Virus record (IMG/VR): IMGVR_UViG_3300035698_035310
Span: 124,001 to 188,000 of that record
Length of the DNA: 64,000 bases
Direction: 5' to 3' (one strand)
Below are positions 1-8,432 of the stretch, in pieces. The translations under genes and the position numbers were made by a program. Under the pieces are notes generated by a model that saw nothing but the letters and a program-made list of their open reading frames with translations, ran no database searches and had not been told where the DNA came from. How positions within the stretch are numbered: the stretch's first letter is position 1; the number at the start of each line of letters is the position of its first letter.

Positions 1-118
1 ATGCACAAGAGAAATTTGTCGATAATTTAGATGATATTGAAACAGAAATTCAAGATCACGTTAATGGTGTTTGGGACGATATCGCTGCGTAATTTAATTT
101 TATATAAGGAGAAATAAT

Positions 119-370
119 ATGACTGAAGAACAGAAAAAAGCAGAACAAAAGAAAAACACTACAAATGCTGCCGTAGGTGGTAGTGCAGGAATTGCTGGCG
201 AGGACGTTGTTGATACAATTCTTGGTATCGGCGAAACCGCACTGGATGTAACATTGGATGTGTTATCTGCTGGTACTGAAGTTGCTGGTGATGCATTAGG
301 CGTTGCAGGTGATGTTGCTGAAGGTGCCGCAGAAATCGTTGGTGGCGTGCTTGGCGCAATAGCAGATTAA
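119..370 (+). CDS. small Gly/Ala/Asp-rich hypothetical protein
   Basis: 83-aa ORF with AAGGAG SD upstream; no recognisable motif. Confidence 0.65.
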   Translation: MTEEQKKAEQKKNTTNAAVGGSAGIAGEDVVDTILGIGETALDVTLDVLSAGTEVAGDALGVAGDVAEGAAEIVGGVLGAIAD

Positions 371-372
371 TC

Positions 373-591
373 ATGGCTGAACAAAAATTGATTAATGCGC
401 TAGAACGTGAAACCGAAGGGCTACGAATTGATTACATGGATCACTTAAAGGTGCTGACGATGGTTAAAGATAATGACCATGATGGCGTTCGTGACCAACT
501 GTATGATATGGACACATGCCAACGTGATTCAATTTATAGCGAAATAGAACGATATGATACAGTGTTTTTTGAAGCATTAGGAGATATGTAA
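373..591 (+). CDS. hypothetical protein
   Basis: 72-aa ORF; its TAA overlaps the next ATG (TAATG). Confidence 0.65.
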   Translation: MAEQKLINALERETEGLRIDYMDHLKVLTMVKDNDHDGVRDQLYDMDTCQRDSIYSEIERYDTVFFEALGDM

Positions 592-1130
592 TGGATGAAC
601 GTGAATTTACCAAAACGTGGTGGAAAAATTTGTGTGCAGACGAAGATCGATTGATTAAATGGCTCCAGAAACTGCAACATACAGAACGACACGGTTTCTA
701 CGATAATCACGATGCGATAGAACGATTTACTGATCCAATGAAGGATAAAAATGCAATCAAAGTTCTTACACAAACCGCTATTGATGAATGGCGTCATGCC
801 GATTTGTTAGTAGGGTTGATTCATAATCGCGGTCTTGCTATTACCGCACCAGTGAAAAGTTTGTATTGGGACGAAATGGAAAAAGTTATCGTCGACCTTG
901 ATACATGCATGGCTGCATTTCACTTGGCAGAGACACTTGCCGCATGGAGATTTGAAATATTCTATGAATATGAAAATACACCCAATGATGTGAAACAATG
1001 GCTGGAGACAGTTATACCAGATGAACAATATCATGGCAAAATCTTTCGCAAATTAACATCCGAAGATACTATTGCACGAATTAAAATCGAACAGCAACGT
1101 GTCATCGAACTTATGAAATCTAAAAAATAA
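591..1130 (+). CDS. ferritin-like (di-iron four-helix bundle) protein
   Basis: two ExxH motifs (DEWRH, DEQYH) with helical spacing typical of the ferritin/rubrerythrin superfamily. Confidence 0.6.
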   Translation: MDEREFTKTWWKNLCADEDRLIKWLQKLQHTERHGFYDNHDAIERFTDPMKDKNAIKVLTQTAIDEWRHADLLVGLIHNRGLAITAPVKSLYWDEMEKVIVDLDTCMAAFHLAETLAAWRFEIFYEYENTPNDVKQWLETVIPDEQYHGKIFRKLTSEDTIARIKIEQQRVIELMKSKK

Positions 1131-1211
1131 TGGAGAGACAAATGGGATTAAATCATAGAAACACTTATATCGTGGTGAATATTGATACAGGAATAACATC
1201 TATTCTTGACA

Positions 1212-2123
1212 ATGATGAACAACTACAACAGTTTTTATAAAGATTCAGTAGAATATTATGAAAGTGAAGAAAAATTTAATAGAAATAATGTTGTGATTGC
1301 AGGTGGTAACATCGTTGAATTGAAAACTAGTGTTATCGTTGTTACTCCTAAAAAAGAACCGGTAACACGCGATTCTATGATTGAAGATTTATTAGGTGAC
1401 GCTGGTGTAAAACGCACTCGTATGCGTAATTCTGGTAATGAATTTGTGAAATATACCAAGCTACCCAATGACGATGACATCGATGACGATTTGACAGAAG
1501 AAGATTATATAAATGAATACGATATTGAAACCGTCGCGTATGATAACAAACAACGAATAAGTGGCGTTGACGAGGGATTGCTTTACGGTGGTTCAACCGC
1601 CAAATTGAATAATGAATTAGCCAAATCTATTGTAGATGATATGGACGACACAGGTAATACAACGGATAAACTTGACGAAGTGCTTGATCGCATAGGAAAA
1701 CGCGTTGAAACACCAACCGAAATCAATAAAATGATTGATCCTATTGTCGAAATAGCCGAAGATACAATCAATAAAGTTACCGATGCAGCACGTGAAGGAA
1801 TCGTCAGTGCACTTGATCGTATTTCATCACCCGATTATCCTGATTTCATTAATGAAATAGTCAATAAAAACATTGATCTTGAAATAGAAAATGATGATAC
1901 ATCATTAGGATCAATGCCACGAGCGTCTGATCCCAAACCACAGGTTGACAAATTGGGTGAAATAGACGATACGGAATATTTTAACAGCGATATCATTCGT
2001 GGTGGAGTGCCACAAAAAAATGATACACAAGAGAGTGATGCACCTACACCCGAAGCTGAACGTTTTCATGAAATGCTCCGTAAACGAGATTTCGGAATGG
2101 GCGGTGGTGGTAGTGCTGGATGA
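1212..2123 (+). CDS. acidic hypothetical protein
   Basis: long Asp/Glu-rich ORF; first ATG at 1212 (track start is TTG 1206). Confidence 0.7.
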   Translation: MMNNYNSFYKDSVEYYESEEKFNRNNVVIAGGNIVELKTSVIVVTPKKEPVTRDSMIEDLLGDAGVKRTRMRNSGNEFVKYTKLPNDDDIDDDLTEEDYINEYDIETVAYDNKQRISGVDEGLLYGGSTAKLNNELAKSIVDDMDDTGNTTDKLDEVLDRIGKRVETPTEINKMIDPIVEIAEDTINKVTDAAREGIVSALDRISSPDYPDFINEIVNKNIDLEIENDDTSLGSMPRASDPKPQVDKLGEIDDTEYFNSDIIRGGVPQKNDTQESDAPTPEAERFHEMLRKRDFGMGGGGSAG

Positions 2124-2340
2124 TGATTCGTTAAAGATAGTTAGAACCGCCGCAAGTGAGGCAGGAGACTATCTGAAGGATGTGTTAGAACCATGTGAAG
2201 GGCATCCTGTGCGAAATGCATACGCACACGTATGGGAGCGCCTTAAACACCATCTAGGCGGGTGTTCATACAAAGACTGTGATAACGACGATGTTCCACT
2301 ATTGTTGGAACTGATTGAAGAAATAAGAAACAAAAAATAG
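2113..2340 (+). CDS. hypothetical protein (start uncertain)
   Basis: C-terminal part of track ORF 1999-2340; GTG 2113 gives a short overlap with the upstream gene. Confidence 0.5.
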   Translation: MLDDDSLKIVRTAASEAGDYLKDVLEPCEGHPVRNAYAHVWERLKHHLGGCSYKDCDNDDVPLLLELIEEIRNKK

Positions 2341-2369
2341 TTGACAGTAAAGGGTTAATGTAGTAGATT
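2341..2369 (+). promoter_or_regulatory. sigma70-type promoter for the tRNA pair
   Basis: TTGACA-N17-TAGATT ending 11 nt before tRNA-Leu. Confidence 0.6.
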
Positions 2370-2380
2370 ATAGATATTAA

Positions 2381-2457
2381 GGGCGTGTATTCCAACCGGT
2401 AGAGAAACGAGACTTAAAATCTCGACAGTGTGGGTTCGAATCCCACCACGCCTACCA
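2381..2457 (+). tRNA. trnL: tRNA-Leu(UAA), short variable arm, encoded CCA
   Basis: acceptor GGGCGTG/CACGCCT; anticodon arm CGAGA-CTTAAAA-TCTCG; T arm GTGGG-TTCGAAT-CCCAC; A73 then CCA. Confidence 0.9.
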
Positions 2458-2461
2458 CATA

Positions 2462-2539
2462 GCTTCCGTCGTCTAACTGGATAAGGCACCCGACTTCTAA
2501 TCGGGATATTTGTAGGTTCGAGTCCTACCGGGAGCACCA
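2462..2539 (+). tRNA. trnR: tRNA-Arg(UCU), encoded CCA
   Basis: acceptor GCTTCCG/CGGGAGC; anticodon arm CCCGA-CTTCTAA-TCGGG; T loop TTCGAGT; ACCA end. Confidence 0.95.
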
Positions 2540-2540
2540 A

Positions 2541-3542
2541 TTAAAAAATATTAATATTTTTTAAAAACATATGAAATGAACTGTATTCGATATTAAAATA
2601 TTGTTGAATTTCATTTGGGGTTTTTTTATCTATATGATACATATGGCATAATATATTTATGCTGTTAAGTATATTGCGTTCAGTGTTATATGGATCACCC
2701 AACACAAAATTAAACATTTTGGATAATACTTTTGCTGATATTTTGTTGGGATTATTCCAACCTAGTGCTGGTTTCAATTTGTTATTATATACACGACCTG
2801 TTATAGATGAATATTTAATCGGAGTATATGGATGTTTAATCGCAGAACGTCGATTGATATGTTTTATATTGGCTGTATCGATTTTTTGTTCAAATAAATA
2901 ATTGTCAAATGGTTCATTGTGTTTAGTTGCCCATTTTAAAATATTATCAAATAATATTTCTTTGGATATTGCATTATCTGAACCTTTTAATGAATTAACC
3001 GAATTCATTAAAAATTGACAATTAGCAGGATGTGAAATAATATCAGGATGCATTTTTAAATCAAATCCGCTTTTTACTGAAAACATATGATCATGGCAGA
3101 CGCCATCTTTTTTTGTTAAGGGATTATAAAATCCATGCTTAACATATAAATCATAACCAAGAAATGTATCATAATATTTTTCAATAAATCTAAATGAACA
3201 TAATTGTTTATATCGTTTATATTGCACGCCGTGCGTTGTAGGCAAACCATTACTTTTTATTAATGACGCACGTTGCCGCTGTCTTGATTCGGTTGTGCGT
3301 ATATTATTAGAATGTATACCACCACATTTGGACGAACAAAAAATATTACCATTTTGATGCTTTTCGTATGATATAATAGATTTACATATGGAACATAATT
3401 TTGGATTTTCTTCATATACATTTTTAACTTTAGCACGACTGTATTTTTGTGAACAGGTTTGTGTACAAAATTTGCTATGACGCTTATCTTTTGGTGTAAA
3501 CTCTATTTTACACTGATGGCATATATATTTGTTTGTTGACAT
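2541..3542 (-). CDS. HNH-type homing endonuclease-like protein
   Basis: N-terminal CxxC/CxxxC repeats plus DHMFSV...HPANCQ...NSLK motif; free-standing, convergent on the tRNAs. Confidence 0.65.
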   Translation of the reverse strand: MSTNKYICHQCKIEFTPKDKRHSKFCTQTCSQKYSRAKVKNVYEENPKLCSICKSIISYEKHQNGNIFCSSKCGGIHSNNIRTTESRQRQRASLIKSNGLPTTHGVQYKRYKQLCSFRFIEKYYDTFLGYDLYVKHGFYNPLTKKDGVCHDHMFSVKSGFDLKMHPDIISHPANCQFLMNSVNSLKGSDNAISKEILFDNILKWATKHNEPFDNYLFEQKIDTANIKHINRRSAIKHPYTPIKYSSITGRVYNNKLKPALGWNNPNKISAKVLSKMFNFVLGDPYNTERNILNSINILCHMYHIDKKTPNEIQQYFNIEYSSFHMFLKNINIF

Positions 3543-3549
3543 ATTGGTA

Positions 3550-3646
3550 TCCTTTCGATTATAAATACGATGGCGGTTGGATTTTCCTTTCGGTGTCCTT
3601 GTGATATATATTTCCAGTATGTATCACGCCGCTATTACTATTTATC
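3550..3646. promoter_or_regulatory. convergent TATAAATA-type boxes flanking a structured element; SD-complementary repeat
   Basis: TATAAATA (+) 3560-3567; GATAAATA (-) 3646-3639; TCCTTTCG at 3550-3557 (SD of the HNH gene on -) repeated at 3585-3592. Confidence 0.6.
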
Positions 3647-3704
3647 TTGACAAACCTTATTTTCTCCTATAATATGAACACATCATTATAAAGGGAGAAA
3701 TAAT

Positions 3705-3884
3705 ATGTTTGATATTTTAGAAGATGCATTTGATATTTTAACTGCGCCAATTCGCAACACGGTTGATGTACTTGAAGGATTGTCGGAAGGCGAACTTCGA
3801 ACGCATGCTATTGCGCAACTTGGTTCGAGTGCGGTTGCGGGTTTGGAAGCATATGAAATCATTGAGCTATTGTTGGAAGATTAA
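3705..3884 (+). CDS. small hypothetical protein, 59 aa (not in ORF track)
   Basis: MFDILEDAFDILTAPIRN...ELLLED; GGGAG SD; TAATG overlap with the next gene. Confidence 0.75.
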   Translation: MFDILEDAFDILTAPIRNTVDVLEGLSEGELRTHAIAQLGSSAVAGLEAYEIIELLLED

Positions 3885-4120
3885 TGGCAAAAGTTATTTT
3901 ACGCGAACCAGTAGATGTAATACGTTGGTGGCCGGGGGGCGACGAAATTGAAAATGTTACCGAGGTTCGTCATACTCAACTAGGATTTATTGGTCATTTG
4001 CAACAAGATGGAAATACGCTCATGGTAAAACCTGGTGATTATGTATTGTCATTTCTTGGAAAGCAAATAATAATGAATGAAGAAATTTTCAAAATCAACT
4101 TTAAAGGTCACAAAGAATGA
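3884..4120 (+). CDS. hypothetical protein
   Basis: 78-aa ORF coupled on both sides (TAATG, ATGA). Confidence 0.7.
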   Translation: MAKVILREPVDVIRWWPGGDEIENVTEVRHTQLGFIGHLQQDGNTLMVKPGDYVLSFLGKQIIMNEEIFKINFKGHKE

Positions 4121-4509
4121 ATCAAGATATATGGGATCGATTAGATAAAGTTAGCACATTCAGGCTTACTTCATATTTGAAAAATGAATATCCACAAGTG
4201 GTTGGTGTCATTCTTTTCAATTTGTCTAGGAAAACGGTTGCTGGTGTAATGGATGAATTACCAGAAAATTTTGCTATGGAAGTTGTAATGCGTATGTTGC
4301 GCACGGATGATGTTCGCAAGGAAGTTATTGATATCATTGAAGACACATTACAGGATGAATTTTTTAATAATGTAGTCACTTATGACAATAAAGAAAAATT
4401 TATAGGTGATATGTTCGATGTTATGGTTCATTCTGATCACATGGTAGAACAGCTTGAAGAACGCAATCGTGAAATGGCTGAAAAAGTTAAGGGGTATATG
4501 GACACATGA
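4117..4509 (+). CDS. fliG: flagellar switch protein FliG, middle domain only
   Basis: YLKNEYPQ (EHPQ motif), LPENFAMEVVMRMLR and LEERNREMAEKVK match alphaproteobacterial FliG-M plus helix MC; N- and C-domains absent. Confidence 0.85.
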   Translation: MNQDIWDRLDKVSTFRLTSYLKNEYPQVVGVILFNLSRKTVAGVMDELPENFAMEVVMRMLRTDDVRKEVIDIIEDTLQDEFFNNVVTYDNKEKFIGDMFDVMVHSDHMVEQLEERNREMAEKVKGYMDT

Positions 4510-5024
4510 TTAATCAATCTATGATAGAAGCATTAATACCGACAATGAAGAACACTGCATTTAAAGGTATTTGCACTAATCCAGATATTCAACTTGATAA
4601 TTTGGCACTTATGACATTTGGTGAATATGTTGATACAATACCGCTTCCTGCAATGTGTTGTAAGTTTGATTTTGCTGGATATGCTGCATTTATCATATTT
4701 GATAGTTCATTGATATATTCTATGGTTGATGTTTTATCTGGTGGTCGTCGTGGCACCGCTGCAATGCGAATTGAAGGCAGGGGATATACAACAATTGAAA
4801 AGCGCATTATTAAAGAATTAGTAATGGAATCAATTGTGAATGAGTTATTGTATGAACTCAATATATTATCAAAAGATATATATATGGAAATAGAACATAT
4901 AAGTCTCAGTCCAGATAATATGAGAAAGCAATTATCTGAAAATGAAATGGTTCAAATTGCACGAATGAGAGTAGACTTGGATGACCGTGGTGGTCGTTTC
5001 GAATTATGCGTTGAAGAACATTAA
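4506..5024 (+). CDS. fliM: flagellar switch protein FliM, middle (CheC-like) domain only
   Basis: FGEYVDTIPLP, DSSLIYSMVDVLSGGRRG, RIEGRGYTTIE and RVDLDDRGG match alphaproteobacterial FliM-M; CheY-binding N-terminus and SPOA domain absent. Confidence 0.85.
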   Translation: MINQSMIEALIPTMKNTAFKGICTNPDIQLDNLALMTFGEYVDTIPLPAMCCKFDFAGYAAFIIFDSSLIYSMVDVLSGGRRGTAAMRIEGRGYTTIEKRIIKELVMESIVNELLYELNILSKDIYMEIEHISLSPDNMRKQLSENEMVQIARMRVDLDDRGGRFELCVEEH

Positions 5025-5036
5025 AGGAGAAATAAT

Positions 5037-5813
5037 ATGGGTTGTGACATTCACATATATCCTGAAATATTTAAAGACGGAGTTTGGCAATTATCTGAAC
5101 CGTTAAATCTTGCTGCATGGTGGGATGAACGTATTTTAGATGAAGCAGATGATTATGATGCTCTTGATGAAGAACATAAATCTATGTCGAAAGAGCAAAT
5201 ATTAGAACAATATAAAAACGACACGCGTGTTCAATGGGAAGGGCCGTGGGATTCTAATTATTCACTTAGGGGTAGAAATTATAATTGGTTTTCGATACTT
5301 GCCAATGTTCGCAATGGATATGGATTTGCTGGTGTAGACACTGGTGATAGTTTTGTTCCTATTCATGCACCTAATGAAGAACCACGCGGTCTTCCTGATG
5401 ATGTGTCATCGGATGTTAAAAAACTTTCTGATAGTTGGGATTCCGACGGTCATTCACATTCATATAACACACTGCAAGAATTATTAGATTATGATTGGGA
5501 TGGTCAAACACGGATAACACGTGGTATTGTTAACGTTGAGAATTTCAAAGAATTTAAAGAAAAAGGTGAACCATCAGCATGGGCGGGTGGTGTTTCTAAT
5601 GTAGAAATAGTTTCTAACGAAGTCATGGCACAAATCGCATTAGGAATTTATGGCACACTTGATAGAAATGAAACTAGATATTATACTCATGTAGAATGGA
5701 AAAATACTTATCGTGAAAATGTTGGTGCAAGTTATTTGCAAGGCATTCTTGATGAACTAACAAAATATGGTAAACCAGAAAATGTAAGAATAGTATTTTG
5801 GTTTGACAATTAA
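5037..5813 (+). CDS. conserved phage hypothetical protein (MGCDIH...VFWFDN type)
   Basis: MGCDIH start, RNYxWFxxLAxVRN, EPRGLPDD, terminal RIVFWFDN. Confidence 0.75.
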   Translation: MGCDIHIYPEIFKDGVWQLSEPLNLAAWWDERILDEADDYDALDEEHKSMSKEQILEQYKNDTRVQWEGPWDSNYSLRGRNYNWFSILANVRNGYGFAGVDTGDSFVPIHAPNEEPRGLPDDVSSDVKKLSDSWDSDGHSHSYNTLQELLDYDWDGQTRITRGIVNVENFKEFKEKGEPSAWAGGVSNVEIVSNEVMAQIALGIYGTLDRNETRYYTHVEWKNTYRENVGASYLQGILDELTKYGKPENVRIVFWFDN

Positions 5814-5821
5814 GGAGATCA

Positions 5822-6037
5822 ATGATGAAACACAATCTTCGGCATATAAATGATGCCCCTATAGATAAACCATTTATTGCATATAAAACGGATGGCGATA
5901 CTGTTATAGCAAAATATGGAGATAGCAATCAACCAGATAATTTACCTTGGGTTAGCGAAAGTCGTGGTTTTGGTAATGAAGATTTTATTGCTTGGCAACC
6001 GCTGCCTGATCTATACATGAATCGTGGTGATTTGTAA
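5822..6037 (+). CDS. hypothetical protein
   Basis: 71-aa ORF, AAGGAG SD, terminal AWQPLP motif. Confidence 0.65.
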   Translation: MMKHNLRHINDAPIDKPFIAYKTDGDTVIAKYGDSNQPDNLPWVSESRGFGNEDFIAWQPLPDLYMNRGDL

Positions 6038-6474
6038 TGCCACATGACAAAATTATAAAAGCGCGTGAAGAAATGCGCAAATCATATGGTTTTTATGGAA
6101 AACTATTAGATGTGTTTGATATACACGCAACTGGCAATGATGAACAACCTGTTTCGACCATTGCTATATATGATAATATTATAGAGTATAATCCTGATTT
6201 TATAAATGATTTAGAACATGATCAAATTATATTTGCTTTGGCGCATGTTATATTGCTTATGATATTCAAATGCAATGAACGTCGTGGTGATCGTGATCGG
6301 TTAATATGGAACAGTGCGTGCAATTATTCAATTAACAATATACTTGTTAAACAAAACATAGGTCGCAAGACTAATGAATGCTTGCTATCTGATGATTATG
6401 ATGATATGATAATTGAACAAATTTACGAAGATTTAATATCAAAAGGATTCAATTATGGGCAAGGTAAAAAATAA
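6037..6474 (+). CDS. DUF2201 N-terminal (putative metallopeptidase) domain-like protein with degenerate HExxH
   Basis: YNPDF, FALAHVILL, RRGDRDRLIWNSACNYSINNIL. Confidence 0.6.
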   Translation: MPHDKIIKAREEMRKSYGFYGKLLDVFDIHATGNDEQPVSTIAIYDNIIEYNPDFINDLEHDQIIFALAHVILLMIFKCNERRGDRDRLIWNSACNYSINNILVKQNIGRKTNECLLSDDYDDMIIEQIYEDLISKGFNYGQGKK

Positions 6475-6502
6475 TAATTGAATATATTATAGAAAGGACT
6501 TT

Positions 6503-6946
6503 ATGATGGGTAAATCCATTTCACAAAACCGCAAAGTGCGCCATAACTATACCATTGATGATGAGTATGAAGCGGGTATTGTATTACAGGGCAACGAAGT
6601 AAAAAGTTTGGCTGTTGGACAGTGCAGCATTGCTGAATCGTATGTTACCATTGAAGGCAATGAAGCATTTTTGGTTAATGCGCATATTGATCCATATGAT
6701 TTAGGTTCTAAGTTTGTGGCACAAGAGCCACGACGTCGGCGCAAATTATTGTTGCATAAACGCGAGATAAAGAATTTGCTTGTCAAATCGCAACAAGGGG
6801 GTTATACTATAGTTGCATTATCGATGTACTTCAATGACACGGGCAAGGTAAAACTTAAAATTGCCACTGCCAGAGGAAAGAAGAACTACGATAAGCGTGC
6901 CACGGAGAAGCAACGTGATTGGGATCGTGATAAGCGCAATTTATAG
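6503..6946 (+). CDS. smpB: SsrA-binding protein SmpB
   Basis: NRKVRHNY, EAGIVLQGNEVKSL, RRRKLLLHKREI, ARGKKNYDKR. Confidence 0.95.
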   Translation: MMGKSISQNRKVRHNYTIDDEYEAGIVLQGNEVKSLAVGQCSIAESYVTIEGNEAFLVNAHIDPYDLGSKFVAQEPRRRRKLLLHKREIKNLLVKSQQGGYTIVALSMYFNDTGKVKLKIATARGKKNYDKRATEKQRDWDRDKRNL

Positions 6947-6960
6947 GAAAGGTTAATACA

Positions 6961-7320
6961 ATGGATTCAGTGTTTATTATTTCATCGACCTCGGCTGGAT
7001 ATGAACATTCAGATACTGTGTTACAGGGTGCATGTTTGACTATGCAAGACGCAATAATTTCATTGGATCGCGTTAAAAAATGCATTGAGTTTGGTTACTT
7101 GAAAAAATTATTTAAAAGATATAGCGAACGCAAATATAACGACAATGATGAAAATTTATATATTAACGTCGTTTCACCAGAATATCGAATAATTGTCATG
7201 GAACAATATAACCAATTTGTAAAAAGTATGACACACAATGATGATATGTATTCTTGGGATTTGGGGCACGGCGATTGGATGGATTTGTTTATCGAAGAAG
7301 TTGAATTTTTTAATAGTTAA
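6961..7320 (+). CDS. hypothetical protein
   Basis: 119-aa ORF with SD, in gene run. Confidence 0.65.
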   Translation: MDSVFIISSTSAGYEHSDTVLQGACLTMQDAIISLDRVKKCIEFGYLKKLFKRYSERKYNDNDENLYINVVSPEYRIIVMEQYNQFVKSMTHNDDMYSWDLGHGDWMDLFIEEVEFFNS

Positions 7321-7334
7321 GAAAGGAAGACAAT

Positions 7335-8366
7335 ATGTTTAATTTTAAAGATGTAGGATGGAAAAAATTAACGGCAGTGGGGACAATTAGTTTCTTTGTT
7401 ATATATTTCATTGTTACGAGCATTCATGTTCAATACGCATCGGTTCGACCACATGTACTCAATGAAAACATTATCGTATATGATGAAATTGATGTTGTTG
7501 GTTATCGAACGATTTCTGCTGCAAGGCAGCTTATCACAATGTTGACTAATAAAACTGGTGGATATATGTCTAACGACAAACTACCACCATATAGTTGGGC
7601 TGATGATATGCCTAATTGGGAGTTTGGTGTTATTAAAGTTCTTCGTGGTTATAACATTGTTCTTCGTGAAAACTTTACACGATCACAAACACAATCAGTT
7701 GAAGATAAAGACGCGGTTGCAGCGATGACTGCACTTAACGTAGACAATCTTTCATGGATGTTCCCATCAGTTGAAGGGTGGCCTTGGACAAAGGGCGAGT
7801 ATGTTAAATCCAGCGAATCGTTGTTTGCACTTGAAAAACGATTACTTGATAACAATCCTGCCGACGGAAACTTTTTCACACGTGCTACATCGTTGGCGAC
7901 ATTTATTAATCGCAGCAATAAAGTTTTAGGTAGCCACAGCCAACTATTATCGGCATCTGTTACCAAAGAACGCATTAACACCGATATGACGGGTGACAAA
8001 AATGCAGAAGAAGCCAAACCACAAGAATATATCAACTCTGATATTTTAACATCGTGGTTACAAATCGATGATAATTTTTGGGAAGCACAGGGTTCAATCT
8101 ATGCATTGAGTGTTATCCTTAAAGCGATGGAAAGCGATTTTTATAAAGTGCTTGAAGATAAGAACGCACTGCCAGCGCTACGCCAGATCATTGTTGAACT
8201 GGAAACTGCTCAGGGATTGGTTTATTCGCCACTAATTATTAATGGTGCAGGTTTAAACTCGACGCCTTATGGACTTGGTGCAAACTATTCGTTAATTTTG
8301 GCAAACTACGTTAGCCGTGCAAGTGCTGCATTGACTGATTTGGAAAAGTTGCTTAAAAACGGATAA
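7335..8366 (+). CDS. DUF2333 family membrane-anchored protein
   Basis: N-terminal TM helix; DDMPNWEFG, FTRSQTQSVED, IDDNFWEAQG, KNALPALRQIIVELE, ANYVSRASAA. Confidence 0.85.
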   Translation: MFNFKDVGWKKLTAVGTISFFVIYFIVTSIHVQYASVRPHVLNENIIVYDEIDVVGYRTISAARQLITMLTNKTGGYMSNDKLPPYSWADDMPNWEFGVIKVLRGYNIVLRENFTRSQTQSVEDKDAVAAMTALNVDNLSWMFPSVEGWPWTKGEYVKSSESLFALEKRLLDNNPADGNFFTRATSLATFINRSNKVLGSHSQLLSASVTKERINTDMTGDKNAEEAKPQEYINSDILTSWLQIDDNFWEAQGSIYALSVILKAMESDFYKVLEDKNALPALRQIIVELETAQGLVYSPLIINGAGLNSTPYGLGANYSLILANYVSRASAALTDLEKLLKNG

Positions 8367-8372
8367 TAACAC

Positions 8373-8400
8373 TTGACGTAATGTAGTATTATGTTATATT
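8373..8400 (+). promoter_or_regulatory. sigma70-type promoter with extended -10
   Basis: TTGACG-N16-TATATT with TG at -15/-14. Confidence 0.55.
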
Positions 8401-8432
8401 GATAATGAAATTGAAACTGTAGGAGAGATTAG

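Noticed and set aside
2355-2540. 61-aa minus-strand ORF
   Set aside because: It is the reverse complement of the two tRNA genes.
4117-5024. Host chromosomal flagellar operon (contig being bacterial)
   Set aside because: Both genes are single-domain truncations, AT-rich, and embedded among phage-type small ORFs with no fliF/fliH/fliN neighbours.
6400-7330. tmRNA next to smpB
   Set aside because: No tRNA-like acceptor/T-arm or tag-reading-frame pattern found; the flanks are coding. A permuted tmRNA elsewhere is not excluded.
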